Assembly: GCA_023264445.1 (NCBI GenBank)
Contig: JAHFMN010000002.1
Location: 142,720 to 206,719, forward strand
Reading direction: 5' to 3'
Length of the DNA: 64,000 nt
From: Candidatus Kaiserbacteria bacterium
GTDB taxonomy: Bacteria; Patescibacteriota; Minisyncoccia; Phycocordibacterales; Phycocordibacteraceae
Below the pieces are notes generated by a model, which worked only from the letters and a program-made list of their open reading frames with translations, was not told where the DNA came from and did no database searches. Shown piece after piece: positions 42,238 to 51,393 of this stretch (positions are counted from its first letter, which is position 1; every line of letters begins with the position of its first letter). The position numbers and the translations under genes were made by a program.

Positions 42238-43020
42238 CTATCGCTGTGGTTTTTTGAACATGCCATGCTTGACCAAAATACTGAAGGCGTTATCGACCAC
42301 ATCTTTTTCTCGATTGTCACTCACGTAGCCATAAATTTCTCCATAGAAGCTAAGAAGTTCATCAATGAGTGCCAGAACGTGCGTGGTGTGTGCTGCATAT
42401 AACCTTGCGCCGTTTATTTTCTGGTATTGAGGAACAGTGGAAGCGAAATCTCCCCATGAAGTGTTGTATCCAATGAGAGTATCCAAAATTCTGTGGTCGG
42501 ATAGGTGTGCTAGGCCATTCAACTCACCATAATGGCGACTGCCTTTCCATGGCGCATACCTTGCATTGGGGGTAATACCATCTTTTCGTTTTCCTTGCCT
42601 AATCTCGGATAGTGCACTTATGGCTTCGAATTCCTGTCGAATCAGAGCACCAGCTTGTACATACTGGCCTTTTAATATGGACTGTTCACACAGTGATAAT
42701 CCTTGTATTAGCGCAGCTGTAATTACGAATCTCCTACTGGTCGATTCATTACTAGTCGGTATTTTTTGACCAGAGTGTTCTTCAAGGATGGAACCAATAA
42801 CGCCAAGGAGCAGGGTATGAGCCGCATGCAATTCCTGCATATCTGCGAGGCTCTCTCGCAGATTGAATGATTGTGCTTGTTCCTGGTGCTTGGTGTAGTT
42901 TTTCCCAATAGCTATGTATGCAGCATCTATAAAATAATGCGGGCCGTCAAAAGGTCTTTCCCTATGCTGATGAAGGGCATACCAACGGTACTTTATTTCC
43001 TCAAGTAGTCGTCCGAACAT
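42238..43020 (-). CDS. hypothetical all-alpha protein (DUF5677/HEPN-like)
   Basis: A.ALIRQEFE and YGELNGLAH motifs. Confidence 0.55.
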   Translation of the reverse strand: MFGRLLEEIKYRWYALHQHRERPFDGPHYFIDAAYIAIGKNYTKHQEQAQSFNLRESLADMQELHAAHTLLLGVIGSILEEHSGQKIPTSNESTSRRFVITAALIQGLSLCEQSILKGQYVQAGALIRQEFEAISALSEIRQGKRKDGITPNARYAPWKGSRHYGELNGLAHLSDHRILDTLIGYNTSWGDFASTVPQYQKINGARLYAAHTTHVLALIDELLSFYGEIYGYVSDNREKDVVDNAFSILVKHGMFKKPQR

Positions 43021-43428
43021 ACAGGTAGTTTACCGCCAATTGCCGGTACTGTACCGCCGCCCTAGTTGGCCGATTGGAAGCGAGCGAAAAGCATTCAAAT
43101 CATTGGAAAGCTACCCATACCGGCTCCCGTCACTAAAGAGGGAAGGAGAGGTGCGAAAGAACCTTTGGATTGCTTGTAGTGGCGGGTACAGTACCGTCTC
43201 GGGCAACAAGAAATGAAAACACTCGGCCTCGCGCCGAGTGTTTTCATTTCTCTGCGTGGAGAGACGGAATCGAACCGGGAAGGGGTCGGGGAACGGGAGT
43301 TCCCCGTGGAGGAAGGCAGCGAGCGGAGCGAGCGCTGGAAAACCGTGGGTTTCCAGAGAGTGAGATAGCGAAGCGTCCGGCCCCCGCAACAAGTACGAAA
43401 AACACCGGCTTTGTGCCGGTGTTTTTCA

Positions 43429-44436
43429 TTACGGTATGGTGACGATATTCGACGGTACCCCTTTCTCAAATGAAAGGATGTTTTCGGTCGTCGTGTCGAG
43501 TATTCGCTGTATCGCCTCCATCGTGTTAAATGCAGCGTGCGGCGTCACGATGACGCGCGGGTGGTCGATGAGATAATGGTCGGCGACCACAGTCCGCACC
43601 TTCTCGTCCTCTGGCTTTGTGGAAAGAAACACTGCTTCATCGGCAAGGCCGTTCTCTTCTTCTAGTACATCGAGGCCTGCACCCGCGACAATACCAGACT
43701 TGAGCGCCTCGACGAGCGCTGCAGTCTCGACGACGGCGCCGCGTGCGGTATTGATGAGATAGGAACCTTTCTTGAACGAGCTGATATTTTTCGCGTTGAT
43801 GAGATGGTGCGTGTGCTCGTTGTACGGGACGTGAATGGTCACGATGTCGGACGTGGCGAGAAGCTCTTCAAGGGAGAGATAGGGGAAATCGAGCGTGTGG
43901 GCAAGCTCCGCATTAGGGAATGCGTCAAAACCGACGACCTTCATATTGAATCCTTTCGCCATGCGGATGACGTGCGCACCGATGTGGCCAGTACCGACAA
44001 CCCCGATGGTTTTCCCAGCGAGATCAAAACCACGCAGTCCGGCAGGAGAGAATATCCCATCCTCGCGCACGCGCTCGTCTGCATCAATGATCCGTCTTGA
44101 GAGCGCGAGCAGGAGCGCGAAGGTGAATTCGGCGACGGTGTTTTCGCCATAGAAGGGAACGGTTGCAACCGAGATGCCGCGCGCCTTCGCCGCCGCGAGG
44201 TCGATGTGGTCGTACCCGGTGGAGCGGGTCGCGATGAGTTTCAATTTCGGGAAGCGCGCGAGCTCCGGCTCGCCGATAGGGGAGTCTATAAAAATGCATA
44301 GCCCTTCCGCATCTGGGTCTGCAAGATCCGGGAAGGCCCCAAGCGTCCCTTCATGAAAAACAATCTCCGCACCAGTGAGTTTCGTGCGGATGTACCCCTC
44401 CTCCCATGCCTCGCTCCCAAAGTAATGAATCTTCAT
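43429..44436 (-). CDS. D-isomer-specific 2-hydroxyacid dehydrogenase (D-lactate dehydrogenase-like)
   Basis: RSTGYDHID, GVVGTGHIG, INTARG, LDVLE, TPHAAF. Confidence 0.92.
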   Translation of the reverse strand: MKIHYFGSEAWEEGYIRTKLTGAEIVFHEGTLGAFPDLADPDAEGLCIFIDSPIGEPELARFPKLKLIATRSTGYDHIDLAAAKARGISVATVPFYGENTVAEFTFALLLALSRRIIDADERVREDGIFSPAGLRGFDLAGKTIGVVGTGHIGAHVIRMAKGFNMKVVGFDAFPNAELAHTLDFPYLSLEELLATSDIVTIHVPYNEHTHHLINAKNISSFKKGSYLINTARGAVVETAALVEALKSGIVAGAGLDVLEEENGLADEAVFLSTKPEDEKVRTVVADHYLIDHPRVIVTPHAAFNTMEAIQRILDTTTENILSFEKGVPSNIVTIP

Positions 44437-44492
44437 GTCGTACCAGTATACCGTACACCCATTCGTGTCTGGGATGCTACAGAACGGGGGAC

Positions 44493-44521
44493 TTGCTTTT
44501 TTATTATATATGTGATATAGT
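44493..44521 (+). promoter_or_regulatory. sigma70 promoter
   Basis: TTGCTT-17 bp-TATAGT with extended TG; AGGAGG SD before 44586. Confidence 0.6.
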
Positions 44522-44585
44522 GCACCCGGCGGTATTCGGGAGTTTCCGAATACCTTTGGACTTTTAACGCTACAGGAGGTGCCAG

Positions 44586-45119
44586 ATGGCGCTCAAATCA
44601 GCGAATCAACCGATCCGCTGGAAAGAGCGAGTCGGCATCATGGCCGTCGGCCACGGTTTCAAGCAGGGAGAGGAGTTTTTCTTCGACTACATGCTTTACC
44701 CGGCCGTCATAGCCTGGCTGGGTGCGATAGTCGGCGGCCTTGCCCTCACCGTACTCTCGGCCTCCGTCTGCTATCTCTACATTCTCTTTTACGACTGGTC
44801 CAAAAAGGACTGGCTCGGTCTCGAGCTTCTGAAGGAGATGCGGGATGGAGGCGAGCATCACGGCCATATCGCACGCTTCATCCAGCGCATAGCTCGTAAG
44901 AGCGATTGGCTGGCATTCCTTGTCTTTTCTTGCTACACGGATCCGTTCATGACGACCGTGTACATGCGAAAGGGCGTTGGAGCGTACGATGGACTCTCCC
45001 GGAGAGATTGGAAAATCTTCTGGGCAAGCGTGCTTGTCGCAAACCTTTGGTGGACGACGATGATGGCGCTTGCAGTCGAGGCCGTTCGCTCAATTCTTGC
45101 TTGGCTTGGCTTCACTTAA
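44586..45119 (+). CDS. hypothetical membrane protein
   Basis: Strong SD, several TM segments, hairpin + T tract downstream. Confidence 0.7.
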   Translation: MALKSANQPIRWKERVGIMAVGHGFKQGEEFFFDYMLYPAVIAWLGAIVGGLALTVLSASVCYLYILFYDWSKKDWLGLELLKEMRDGGEHHGHIARFIQRIARKSDWLAFLVFSCYTDPFMTTVYMRKGVGAYDGLSRRDWKIFWASVLVANLWWTTMMALAVEAVRSILAWLGFT

Positions 45120-45189
45120 TCGGCGGCGGTGTTAACGCACTGCCGCCGGTTTTCTTTTCCTCTGTTTTTGCTACGATATCTTTGTACTT

Positions 45190-45531
45190 ATGAAATCGGG
45201 GAATTGGCTTTTATGGGCCCTGCTCTTATCAGTTATAACTGTCTGCGGCGCAAGCGCATACAAGTATTTTGTTACTGAAAACTATTCTTTTTTTGTTGAA
45301 GCGGCTTGCGATTCTATAAGGCAAGAGTGTTACCAGAGAGACTGTTCCAACCCGGACGATTGTCCGCCAAACGGCCTTTCTGTGTACAAAGTATTCGAGC
45401 TTCCGGCCTCTGAATTCAAGAATTGTTCCGATAACTCATGCGTCAATATTTGCCCTTCCAGGGAGCAGCAGTGCATTGAAATCCCCTGTAATTCCCAAAG
45501 CGATATATCCTGCATAGGACCACAATCATGA
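45190..45531 (+). CDS. Cys-rich exported small protein
   Basis: N-terminal TM/signal, 10 Cys in the mature part; ATGA overlap with next gene. Confidence 0.7.
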   Translation: MKSGNWLLWALLLSVITVCGASAYKYFVTENYSFFVEAACDSIRQECYQRDCSNPDDCPPNGLSVYKVFELPASEFKNCSDNSCVNICPSREQQCIEIPCNSQSDISCIGPQS

Positions 45532-46346
45532 CCCATCCTCTCTCACACATCTCATTCTCATCCACAGGGGTCATACGATTCGATACGTTTGATGACCTCT
45601 ATACCGAACCACAACTCGCTCTTGCGGAGCTCCGTAAGCGGCGGAAAGACGCACAGCTCACCGATCTAGTCCATAGAGGATTGAATGGTTTTGCAAAGGA
45701 ATTTTTAAAAAGACATAGTCGTCCGCGCGCAGTGCTCTTTCGCCAGCTCGCTACCCCGACTCACGAAACTATCCGTTTCTTACGGTTGGCAAAGAATTTA
45801 GGACTCGACCCGCTTATACTGGAATACCTTGGAGATAAATTCGTCAGCACAGGCAATCGATATAAGCGTTCTCTCGGCAAAATGCCGATTTATCAGTATA
45901 CAGGTGCCGATGGGAGAGATATGTTTCGCTACAAGTCCGTATGCGACTTCAATCGATTTACGGGAAAGGCAATTTCTAGCGTAGAGTGCCATAGCGGAGA
46001 ATCGCTCGTGGCGCTTCATCACCGTCTACTGCAGTCTGTCACTAAACTTGACCCAAGGAAATATTGTATAGATGGGACGAAGTGGTTCCGAGGCGTCGGC
46101 AAAAAAGCAGAAAATTATTATGAAAATTTCCTTCGCCTATTTATACGAGACGCTGTTTTATTTGAGAGCTTCGTCCCCTTCAAAGCGGAGGGTTCGTTCA
46201 CTAATAGCATCATAGTCCCATCCTTCAAAGCTGTCTTTTCGCAGTATGGTCTCCGGCCACTTATCGTTCGTTTACTGCCTGACGTCGACGAGACACGTTT
46301 ATTTTGGGATTCTTTTCCAAAGAAAGTAGAGCAATATACACCCTAA
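45528..46346 (+). CDS. hypothetical cytoplasmic protein
   Basis: 272-aa ORF translationally coupled in the operon. Confidence 0.7.
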   Translation: MTHPLSHISFSSTGVIRFDTFDDLYTEPQLALAELRKRRKDAQLTDLVHRGLNGFAKEFLKRHSRPRAVLFRQLATPTHETIRFLRLAKNLGLDPLILEYLGDKFVSTGNRYKRSLGKMPIYQYTGADGRDMFRYKSVCDFNRFTGKAISSVECHSGESLVALHHRLLQSVTKLDPRKYCIDGTKWFRGVGKKAENYYENFLRLFIRDAVLFESFVPFKAEGSFTNSIIVPSFKAVFSQYGLRPLIVRLLPDVDETRLFWDSFPKKVEQYTP

Positions 46347-46349
46347 GCT

Positions 46350-47966
46350 ATGGACATCAACACTTGTCTTGCTACTACAGACAGCGTCCGAAATCTTGCG
46401 ATGTATTCGCATCTCGTTCCGGCGCTCGCCACTCTTGTTCTTGGAACGTTTGCATTCACCAAAACGCAAGACCGTCTCAAGGGCTTCGCTTTCTTCACGT
46501 TCGTCCTCATATTTGCAGCATGGCTTGTCGGTGATTTCATCGTTTGGGTATCCAATAGCTATCAATTGGTCGCCACGTTCTGGGCCCCTCTGGATTATTT
46601 TGAAATAGCATTCTTCCTCTCCCTTCTTTTCTTCGTGTTCATAACCTTTTTCCCCAATAAACCCCGCTGGGGAATGTGTCTCCTCATACTCGCGGCTGTT
46701 GTAGTCCCTTTCGCTCTTACGGTAATGGGAAATTCTCTTCTTGAATTCAATCAGCCCCAATGTGAAATGCTGGAAAATGCATTTCTTACCCAATACAAAC
46801 TCATATGCCAGGGAGTCATCCTCGCCCTCATCCTCGTTATGTCCGTGTGGTCTTTCTTACGGGCGAAAGTTACTGAAGAGCGAATCCGAGCAGTACTGGT
46901 CGGAGTGTCCATCGTCCTCTTTATGGGAATCTTTGCTGGTAGCGAATATCTCTCATCAGTTACGTACGTATATGAAATCAATCTGTATGCGCTCTTCACC
47001 CTCCCGATTTTTGTCCTTATTCTGACCATTGCCATTACCAGCTATGGTACGTTCCGCCTTGGAGATACGGCCGTGAAGGCTCTATTTTATGTATTTCTCA
47101 CGCTTGCAGGTTCACAATTCTTTTCGGTAACGAATCTTACGGATTTCCTGATTTCGGCGATGAGTTTTGGGACCATTCTCATCATGGGCATCATGTTGTT
47201 TATCAGTAATGAACGGGAAATAAAGATACGTCATGAAGTAGAGCGCCTGGCCCATGAGCTCGAGCAGACGAATACGCGGCAGGAGACACTCATTCATTTC
47301 ATTGGGCATGAGGTCAAAGGGTTCCTAACCAAAGATGAAGGGGCGTTTGCCGCGCTTGTCGATGGCGACTTTGGGAAGCTCGAAGACGGTATGAAGCCGT
47401 TCGTGGAATCCGCGCTCGCGCAATCGCGTGACGGTGTGCGTTCGGTGACAGATATTCTGACGGCCGCCAATCAGAAGAAGGGAACGATAAGCTATGCAAA
47501 GGAATCCTTCGACCTGAAACAACTTGCGATGGATGCTATCGAGAAAGCGAAGTCGATGGCGGGGGAGAAGGGTCTCACGCTCTCCTTCTCGGCGGACGAG
47601 GCCGGAGCTCCGTATACCATCAGCGGAGACAAAGCAAAAATCAGCGATAATGTCTTACGAAATATCATTGAGAATTCCATACATTACACACCTTCGGGCT
47701 CCATCGCTGTCTCGCTCAAGAAAGAGAACGGCAAAATCGTATTTGCCGTGAAGGACACTGGTGTCGGTATCACAGAAGAAGATAAGAAATTGCTCTTTAC
47801 CGAGGGTGGTCATGGCAAAGAATCACAGAAGATAAACGTGCATTCCACGGGATACGGTCTCTATATCGCAAAGAACATCGTCGAAGCGCACGGGGGCACT
47901 ATCCGTGCCGAATCAGAAGGGGCAGGCAAGGGCTCGACGTTTGTTGTTGAACTACCGGCGCAATAA
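46350..47966 (+). CDS. sensor histidine kinase with N-terminal 7TM-type membrane domain
   Basis: Multi-TM N-terminus; HEVK H-box, NIIENSIHYT, DTGVGI, GYGLYI. Confidence 0.9.
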   Translation: MDINTCLATTDSVRNLAMYSHLVPALATLVLGTFAFTKTQDRLKGFAFFTFVLIFAAWLVGDFIVWVSNSYQLVATFWAPLDYFEIAFFLSLLFFVFITFFPNKPRWGMCLLILAAVVVPFALTVMGNSLLEFNQPQCEMLENAFLTQYKLICQGVILALILVMSVWSFLRAKVTEERIRAVLVGVSIVLFMGIFAGSEYLSSVTYVYEINLYALFTLPIFVLILTIAITSYGTFRLGDTAVKALFYVFLTLAGSQFFSVTNLTDFLISAMSFGTILIMGIMLFISNEREIKIRHEVERLAHELEQTNTRQETLIHFIGHEVKGFLTKDEGAFAALVDGDFGKLEDGMKPFVESALAQSRDGVRSVTDILTAANQKKGTISYAKESFDLKQLAMDAIEKAKSMAGEKGLTLSFSADEAGAPYTISGDKAKISDNVLRNIIENSIHYTPSGSIAVSLKKENGKIVFAVKDTGVGITEEDKKLLFTEGGHGKESQKINVHSTGYGLYIAKNIVEAHGGTIRAESEGAGKGSTFVVELPAQ

Positions 47967-47972
47967 AAACTG

Positions 47973-48046
47973 CGCGAGGGACGGGACTTGAACCCGCAAC
48001 CTCCGCCGTGACAGGGCGGCGCTCTAACCAGTTGAGCTACCCCCGC
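47973..48046 (-). tRNA. tRNA-Asp(GTC)
   Basis: GCGGGGGTAGCTCAACTGGTTAGAGCG-CCGCC-CTGTCAC-GGCGG..GTTCAAGTC. Confidence 0.95.
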
Positions 48047-48170
48047 AAGCGAGGACGAGAACAGAAGTGTACTTCCGTTCTCTCCGAGCGCGGCGGGGGC
48101 AAGCTTTGCTTACCACCGCCGTATCCTTGCGGATAAATGCATCCTATCAAAATCTCTCAAAAAAGTCGTG

Positions 48171-48242
48171 TGCCGGCGGGTGGAGTCGCGCCACCGTCTA
48201 GGGTTTATGAGTCCCTCGTTCTAACTCTTGAACTACACCGGC
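48171..48242 (-). tRNA. tRNA(CAT) (elongator Met or Ile2) with atypical T-loop
   Basis: GCCGGTG/CGCCGGC acceptor, GTTC/GAAC D-stem, CTCATAA loop, GGTGG-CGCGACT-CCACC T-arm. Confidence 0.8.
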
Positions 48243-48292
48243 AATTTATTCGCCTCACTAAAGACAGTATCAAAACCTTTTCAATCAGACAA

Positions 48293-48646
48293 TCACGTTC
48301 TACCGTACCGATCTTCGAGGCGCGTAATATCGCCTTCGTCGAAATCACCGAAGGCGATTTCGAGAAAGGAGAGCCCTTCGAGGCCGCCTTCTACGCGATG
48401 TTCTGAATGGCGTGGAGAAAAGAAGCTATCGCCACTTTGAGCTGCATTGTCCTTCCCTCCGATGCGGATGGTGCCGGAGCCCTTGATGACGCGCCAGAAC
48501 TCATCGCGGTGTTCATGCGTCTGTAAGCTGATTGCTTCGCCGGCATTGACGGTCACGATTTTCACCGTCGTTTTTTCATTCAAGGTGAAGCGCTCAAAGT
48601 TTCCCCATGGGCGCTCCTCCTTCTCATAATGCGCGAGACCTTCCAT
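48293..48646 (-). CDS. mannose-6-phosphate isomerase type II C-terminal cupin
   Basis: ERPWG, SLQTHEHRDEFW, EGDITRLEDRYGR. Confidence 0.9.
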   Translation of the reverse strand: MEGLAHYEKEERPWGNFERFTLNEKTTVKIVTVNAGEAISLQTHEHRDEFWRVIKGSGTIRIGGKDNAAQSGDSFFSPRHSEHRVEGGLEGLSFLEIAFGDFDEGDITRLEDRYGRT

Positions 48647-48701
48647 GCAGCAAGTATACAACGGCTTCCGCCTCTGATGGGGAGGTGTATACTCTGGGCA
48701 T

Positions 48702-49034
48702 ATGTCATTAGAAGCACCACGTGCGAACAATCCCGAGAACCGTGTAGAAAATAGCGGAGAGGAGGCGCTACGGCTTGCCGTTACGGATTTCCTCAAAACT
48801 TTGGATACAAAGCTCTCAGTAACGAAAGTATTTACCGTGGAAGCGGACCAGAGGGATTACAACGAGGCAGAACCAGCGAGAATTATCGTCCACATCGACC
48901 ATGCGGAACATCCGACTCAGGGAGTTGTGGTACGGTTCCAAAACATGCAGCAACTGGAAAAGGAGGTGAAGGGATGGTACAACTCTCTTGTAAAACCTAC
49001 AGAGGAGCCGGAAGAATATAGAAAAGCAGCATAG
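48702..49034 (+). CDS. hypothetical protein
   Basis: TATACT 8 nt before ATG; fills the gap before the tRNA. Confidence 0.6.
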   Translation: MSLEAPRANNPENRVENSGEEALRLAVTDFLKTLDTKLSVTKVFTVEADQRDYNEAEPARIIVHIDHAEHPTQGVVVRFQNMQQLEKEVKGWYNSLVKPTEEPEEYRKAA

Positions 49035-49040
49035 CGTTTT

Positions 49041-49116
49041 GCCGAGATAGCTCAGTTGGTAGAGCAGCGCCATGGTAAGGCGCAGGTCGTCGGTTCAATC
49101 CCGACTCTCGGCTCCA
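49041..49116 (+). tRNA. tRNA-Thr(GGT)
   Basis: GCGCC-ATGGTAA-GGCGC arm; GGTTCAATCC; CCA. Confidence 0.95.
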
Positions 49117-49181
49117 TAAAATGAAAGCCCTTCCGTCTCCACCCGAGGGTGAGAACAGAAGGGCTTGTAGCACCGCCGGCG

Positions 49182-49301
49182 TTAGGCGGCTTCCATGACG
49201 CCGAGCGGCTGGGTCCTCTCGGGGGAGAAGTCCAGATCATTTCCGCTCTTCGGGCGACTGCCGAAATCCACTTCGATCCCGCGGTCCACGTGCTGTAGCA
49301 T
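49182..49301 (-). CDS. 39-aa small protein (MLQHVDRGIEVDFGSRPKSGNDLDFSPERTQPLGVMEAA)
   Basis: CAGGAGA SD, consensus promoter upstream, hairpin downstream. Confidence 0.5.
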   Translation of the reverse strand: MLQHVDRGIEVDFGSRPKSGNDLDFSPERTQPLGVMEAA

Positions 49302-49336
49302 GTTAATCTCCTGAAGTGGCAGGATTGCCTGGGTGT

Positions 49337-49365
49337 ACTATAGACTAATAGAACATATTTGTCAA
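49337..49365 (-). promoter_or_regulatory. near-consensus sigma70 promoter
   Basis: TTGACA-17 bp-TATAGT on the minus strand. Confidence 0.7.
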
Positions 49366-49429
49366 TAGAGACTCCAAGATCAAAACAAGAACCCTCCCAC
49401 TTGATTCACCCAAAGGTGAGCGGAAGGGT

Positions 49430-49624
49430 CTATGAGGGCGAGGCCTTTTTTCGGTCGACTTTTTGACTGGTGAAGTCAAGTTCGTCGCCGTAGTCGATTT
49501 CGAAACCATTGGCCTCGAGCGATCTTTTCAGCTCCTGGGCAACTTTATCCGTGTCTGTATCGAGTTTCTTGGCGATACTAGTTGCGCGAGACATAACCGT
49601 AGACCACGGAACCTTATTGGTCAT
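49430..49624 (-). CDS. small hypothetical protein
   Basis: GAGGA SD before MTNK start; hairpin downstream. Confidence 0.5.
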   Translation of the reverse strand: MTNKVPWSTVMSRATSIAKKLDTDTDKVAQELKRSLEANGFEIDYGDELDFTSQKVDRKKASPS

Positions 49625-49701
49625 AACGAATTCCTCTCGAACATTAAAGAGCAATCCTCATTCTAGTTTAGAACGACTTTTTATGCTAGAAATGGAATAT
49701 T

Positions 49702-49777
49702 GCCGCCTTAGCTCAGTTGGTAGAGCGACTGCATCGTAAGCAGTAGGTCCCCAGTTCAAGCCTGGGAGGCGGCTCCA
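49702..49777 (+). tRNA. tRNA-Thr(CGT)
   Basis: ACTGC-ATCGTAA-GCAGT arm; GTTCAAG; CCA. Confidence 0.95.
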
Positions 49778-49800
49778 GATATTTTGCTATACTCGCCCGT

Positions 49801-50679
49801 ATGGATGAGGTGAAGGAAAAACGTTTACAAGAACTGGAAGCGCTGATGGCATCGCCGGATTTTTGGTCGGATAAGCATGCGGCCCAGGAGCTCGTGCGCG
49901 AATACCAGATGCTGAAAGAGGGAGGAGAAGGGGACCCGCACGATGCCGGCAATGCGACCCTTGCCATCCTCGCGGGCGCAGGTGGAGACGATGCTGAGGA
50001 CTTCGCGCGCATGCTTCGCCGCATGTACGAAGGGTATGCGGCGAAAAAGGGCTGGCGCGTGCGCGAACTCCACACGAATGAAAATGATCAGGGCGGATAT
50101 CGGAACGTCATGCTCGAAATAAATGGAGTGGGAGCATACGGCCGCTTGAAGCACGAGGCTGGCGTGCACCGGCTCGTGCGCCAGTCACCCTTTAATGCAA
50201 ATGCGAAGCGCCAGACGAGCTTCGCGCTCGTTGAAGTATTACCGACACTGGTCGCAAGCGACAAAGTGGAACTCAATCCAGATGACCTTGAAGTACAATT
50301 CGCTCGTTCTGGCGGTGCGGGCGGGCAGAACGTGAACAAACGCGAGACAGCGGTACGTATCATCCACAAGCCAACCAACCTTTCCGTTCACGTCTCAAGC
50401 GAGCGTAGCCAGCTAGCTAATAAGGAGAAGGCTCATGAGCTCTTGAAAGCAAAGATTTTTGCAAAAGAAGAAGCCGAGCGCGAGGCGACAGCAAAAGGCC
50501 GCTCCATCGCCGCGACGACTGCGAATGAATGGGGCAGCCAGATACGCTCCTACGTCCTTCACCCCTATAAGATGGTGAAAGACCATCGTACCGAGCATGA
50601 ATCTTCAAACCCGGAAAAGGTCCTGGAAGGCGAACTTGATCCATTTATAGACGCAGCGGAGGCGGGTGGGGTACAATAA
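49801..50679 (+). CDS. prfB: peptide chain release factor 2 (compact, no frameshift)
   Basis: SPF anticodon-mimic (RQSPF), [28 protein letters not shown]. Confidence 0.92.
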   Translation: MDEVKEKRLQELEALMASPDFWSDKHAAQELVREYQMLKEGGEGDPHDAGNATLAILAGAGGDDAEDFARMLRRMYEGYAAKKGWRVRELHTNENDQGGYRNVMLEINGVGAYGRLKHEAGVHRLVRQSPFNANAKRQTSFALVEVLPTLVASDKVELNPDDLEVQFARSGGAGGQNVNKRETAVRIIHKPTNLSVHVSSERSQLANKEKAHELLKAKIFAKEEAEREATAKGRSIAATTANEWGSQIRSYVLHPYKMVKDHRTEHESSNPEKVLEGELDPFIDAAEAGGVQ

Positions 50680-50688
50680 GGAACGACA

Positions 50689-51366
50689 ATGATTTATTTC
50701 GATAAGGTGACGAAGCAGTACGGAGATACGATTGCACTCGAAGGAGTCACTCTCTCTGTCGCCCCCAAAGAATTCGTCTCCATCGTCGGCCACTCGGGCG
50801 CAGGGAAGACAACGCTTCTGAAACTTCTCCTCGCTGAAGAACGTCCCACCGACGGCTCTGTGTTTTTTGAATCAATAGACGTGAACGACCTGCCGAGCTC
50901 GGCATTGCACCACTACCGGCGCAAGATCGGTATGGTATTCCAAGATTTTCGTCTTATCCCGAACAAAACTGCGTATGAAAACATCGCGTTTGCGATGGAG
51001 GCCGCAGGCCGCAATGACGACGAGATCGCAAGCGACGTCCCCTACATCCTCGAATTGGTAAATCTTGCCGAAAAAGCAAGCCATTTTCCCGACCAACTCT
51101 CCGGCGGCGAGAAGCAACGCATCGCCATCGGCCGAGCCATCATCAATCAGCCGGACCTCATCGTTGCCGACGAGCCAACCGGCAACCTCGACCCCATCAA
51201 TACCTACGAAATCGTTGAAATCCTCAAAAAGATAAACGAGCTCGGGACCACCATTGTCATCACCACCCACAATAAGGGCGTTGTCGATGCTATAGGCAAG
51301 CGGGTGGTGACGATTGATCGAGGTCGCGTCGTCCGCGACGATGCGAGTGGAAAATATATCCTATGA
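50689..51366 (+). CDS. ftsE: cell division ATP-binding protein FtsE
   Basis: GHSGAGKTT, IGMVFQDFRL, ADEPTGNLD; prfB-ftsE-ftsX synteny. Confidence 0.92.
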   Translation: MIYFDKVTKQYGDTIALEGVTLSVAPKEFVSIVGHSGAGKTTLLKLLLAEERPTDGSVFFESIDVNDLPSSALHHYRRKIGMVFQDFRLIPNKTAYENIAFAMEAAGRNDDEIASDVPYILELVNLAEKASHFPDQLSGGEKQRIAIGRAIINQPDLIVADEPTGNLDPINTYEIVEILKKINELGTTIVITTHNKGVVDAIGKRVVTIDRGRVVRDDASGKYIL

Positions 51367-51393
51367 GAGGGCAGCTGATATACTGACCAACGT

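Larger units (their letters stand above)
41491..43391. mobile_element. integrase-less islet bounded by duplication of the tRNA-Met 3' end
   Basis: TCCGGCCCCCGCAACA at 41491-41506 and 43376-43391; AT-rich cargo between. Confidence 0.7.

Noticed and set aside
43095-43469. Several overlapping short ORFs
   Set aside because: They derive from hairpin and repeat-rich non-coding DNA at the islet boundary.
48047-48135. Structured spacer between tRNA-Asp and tRNA(CAT) as an ncRNA or intron
   Set aside because: Short imperfect hairpins only, with no recognisable family motifs; both flanking tRNAs are complete.
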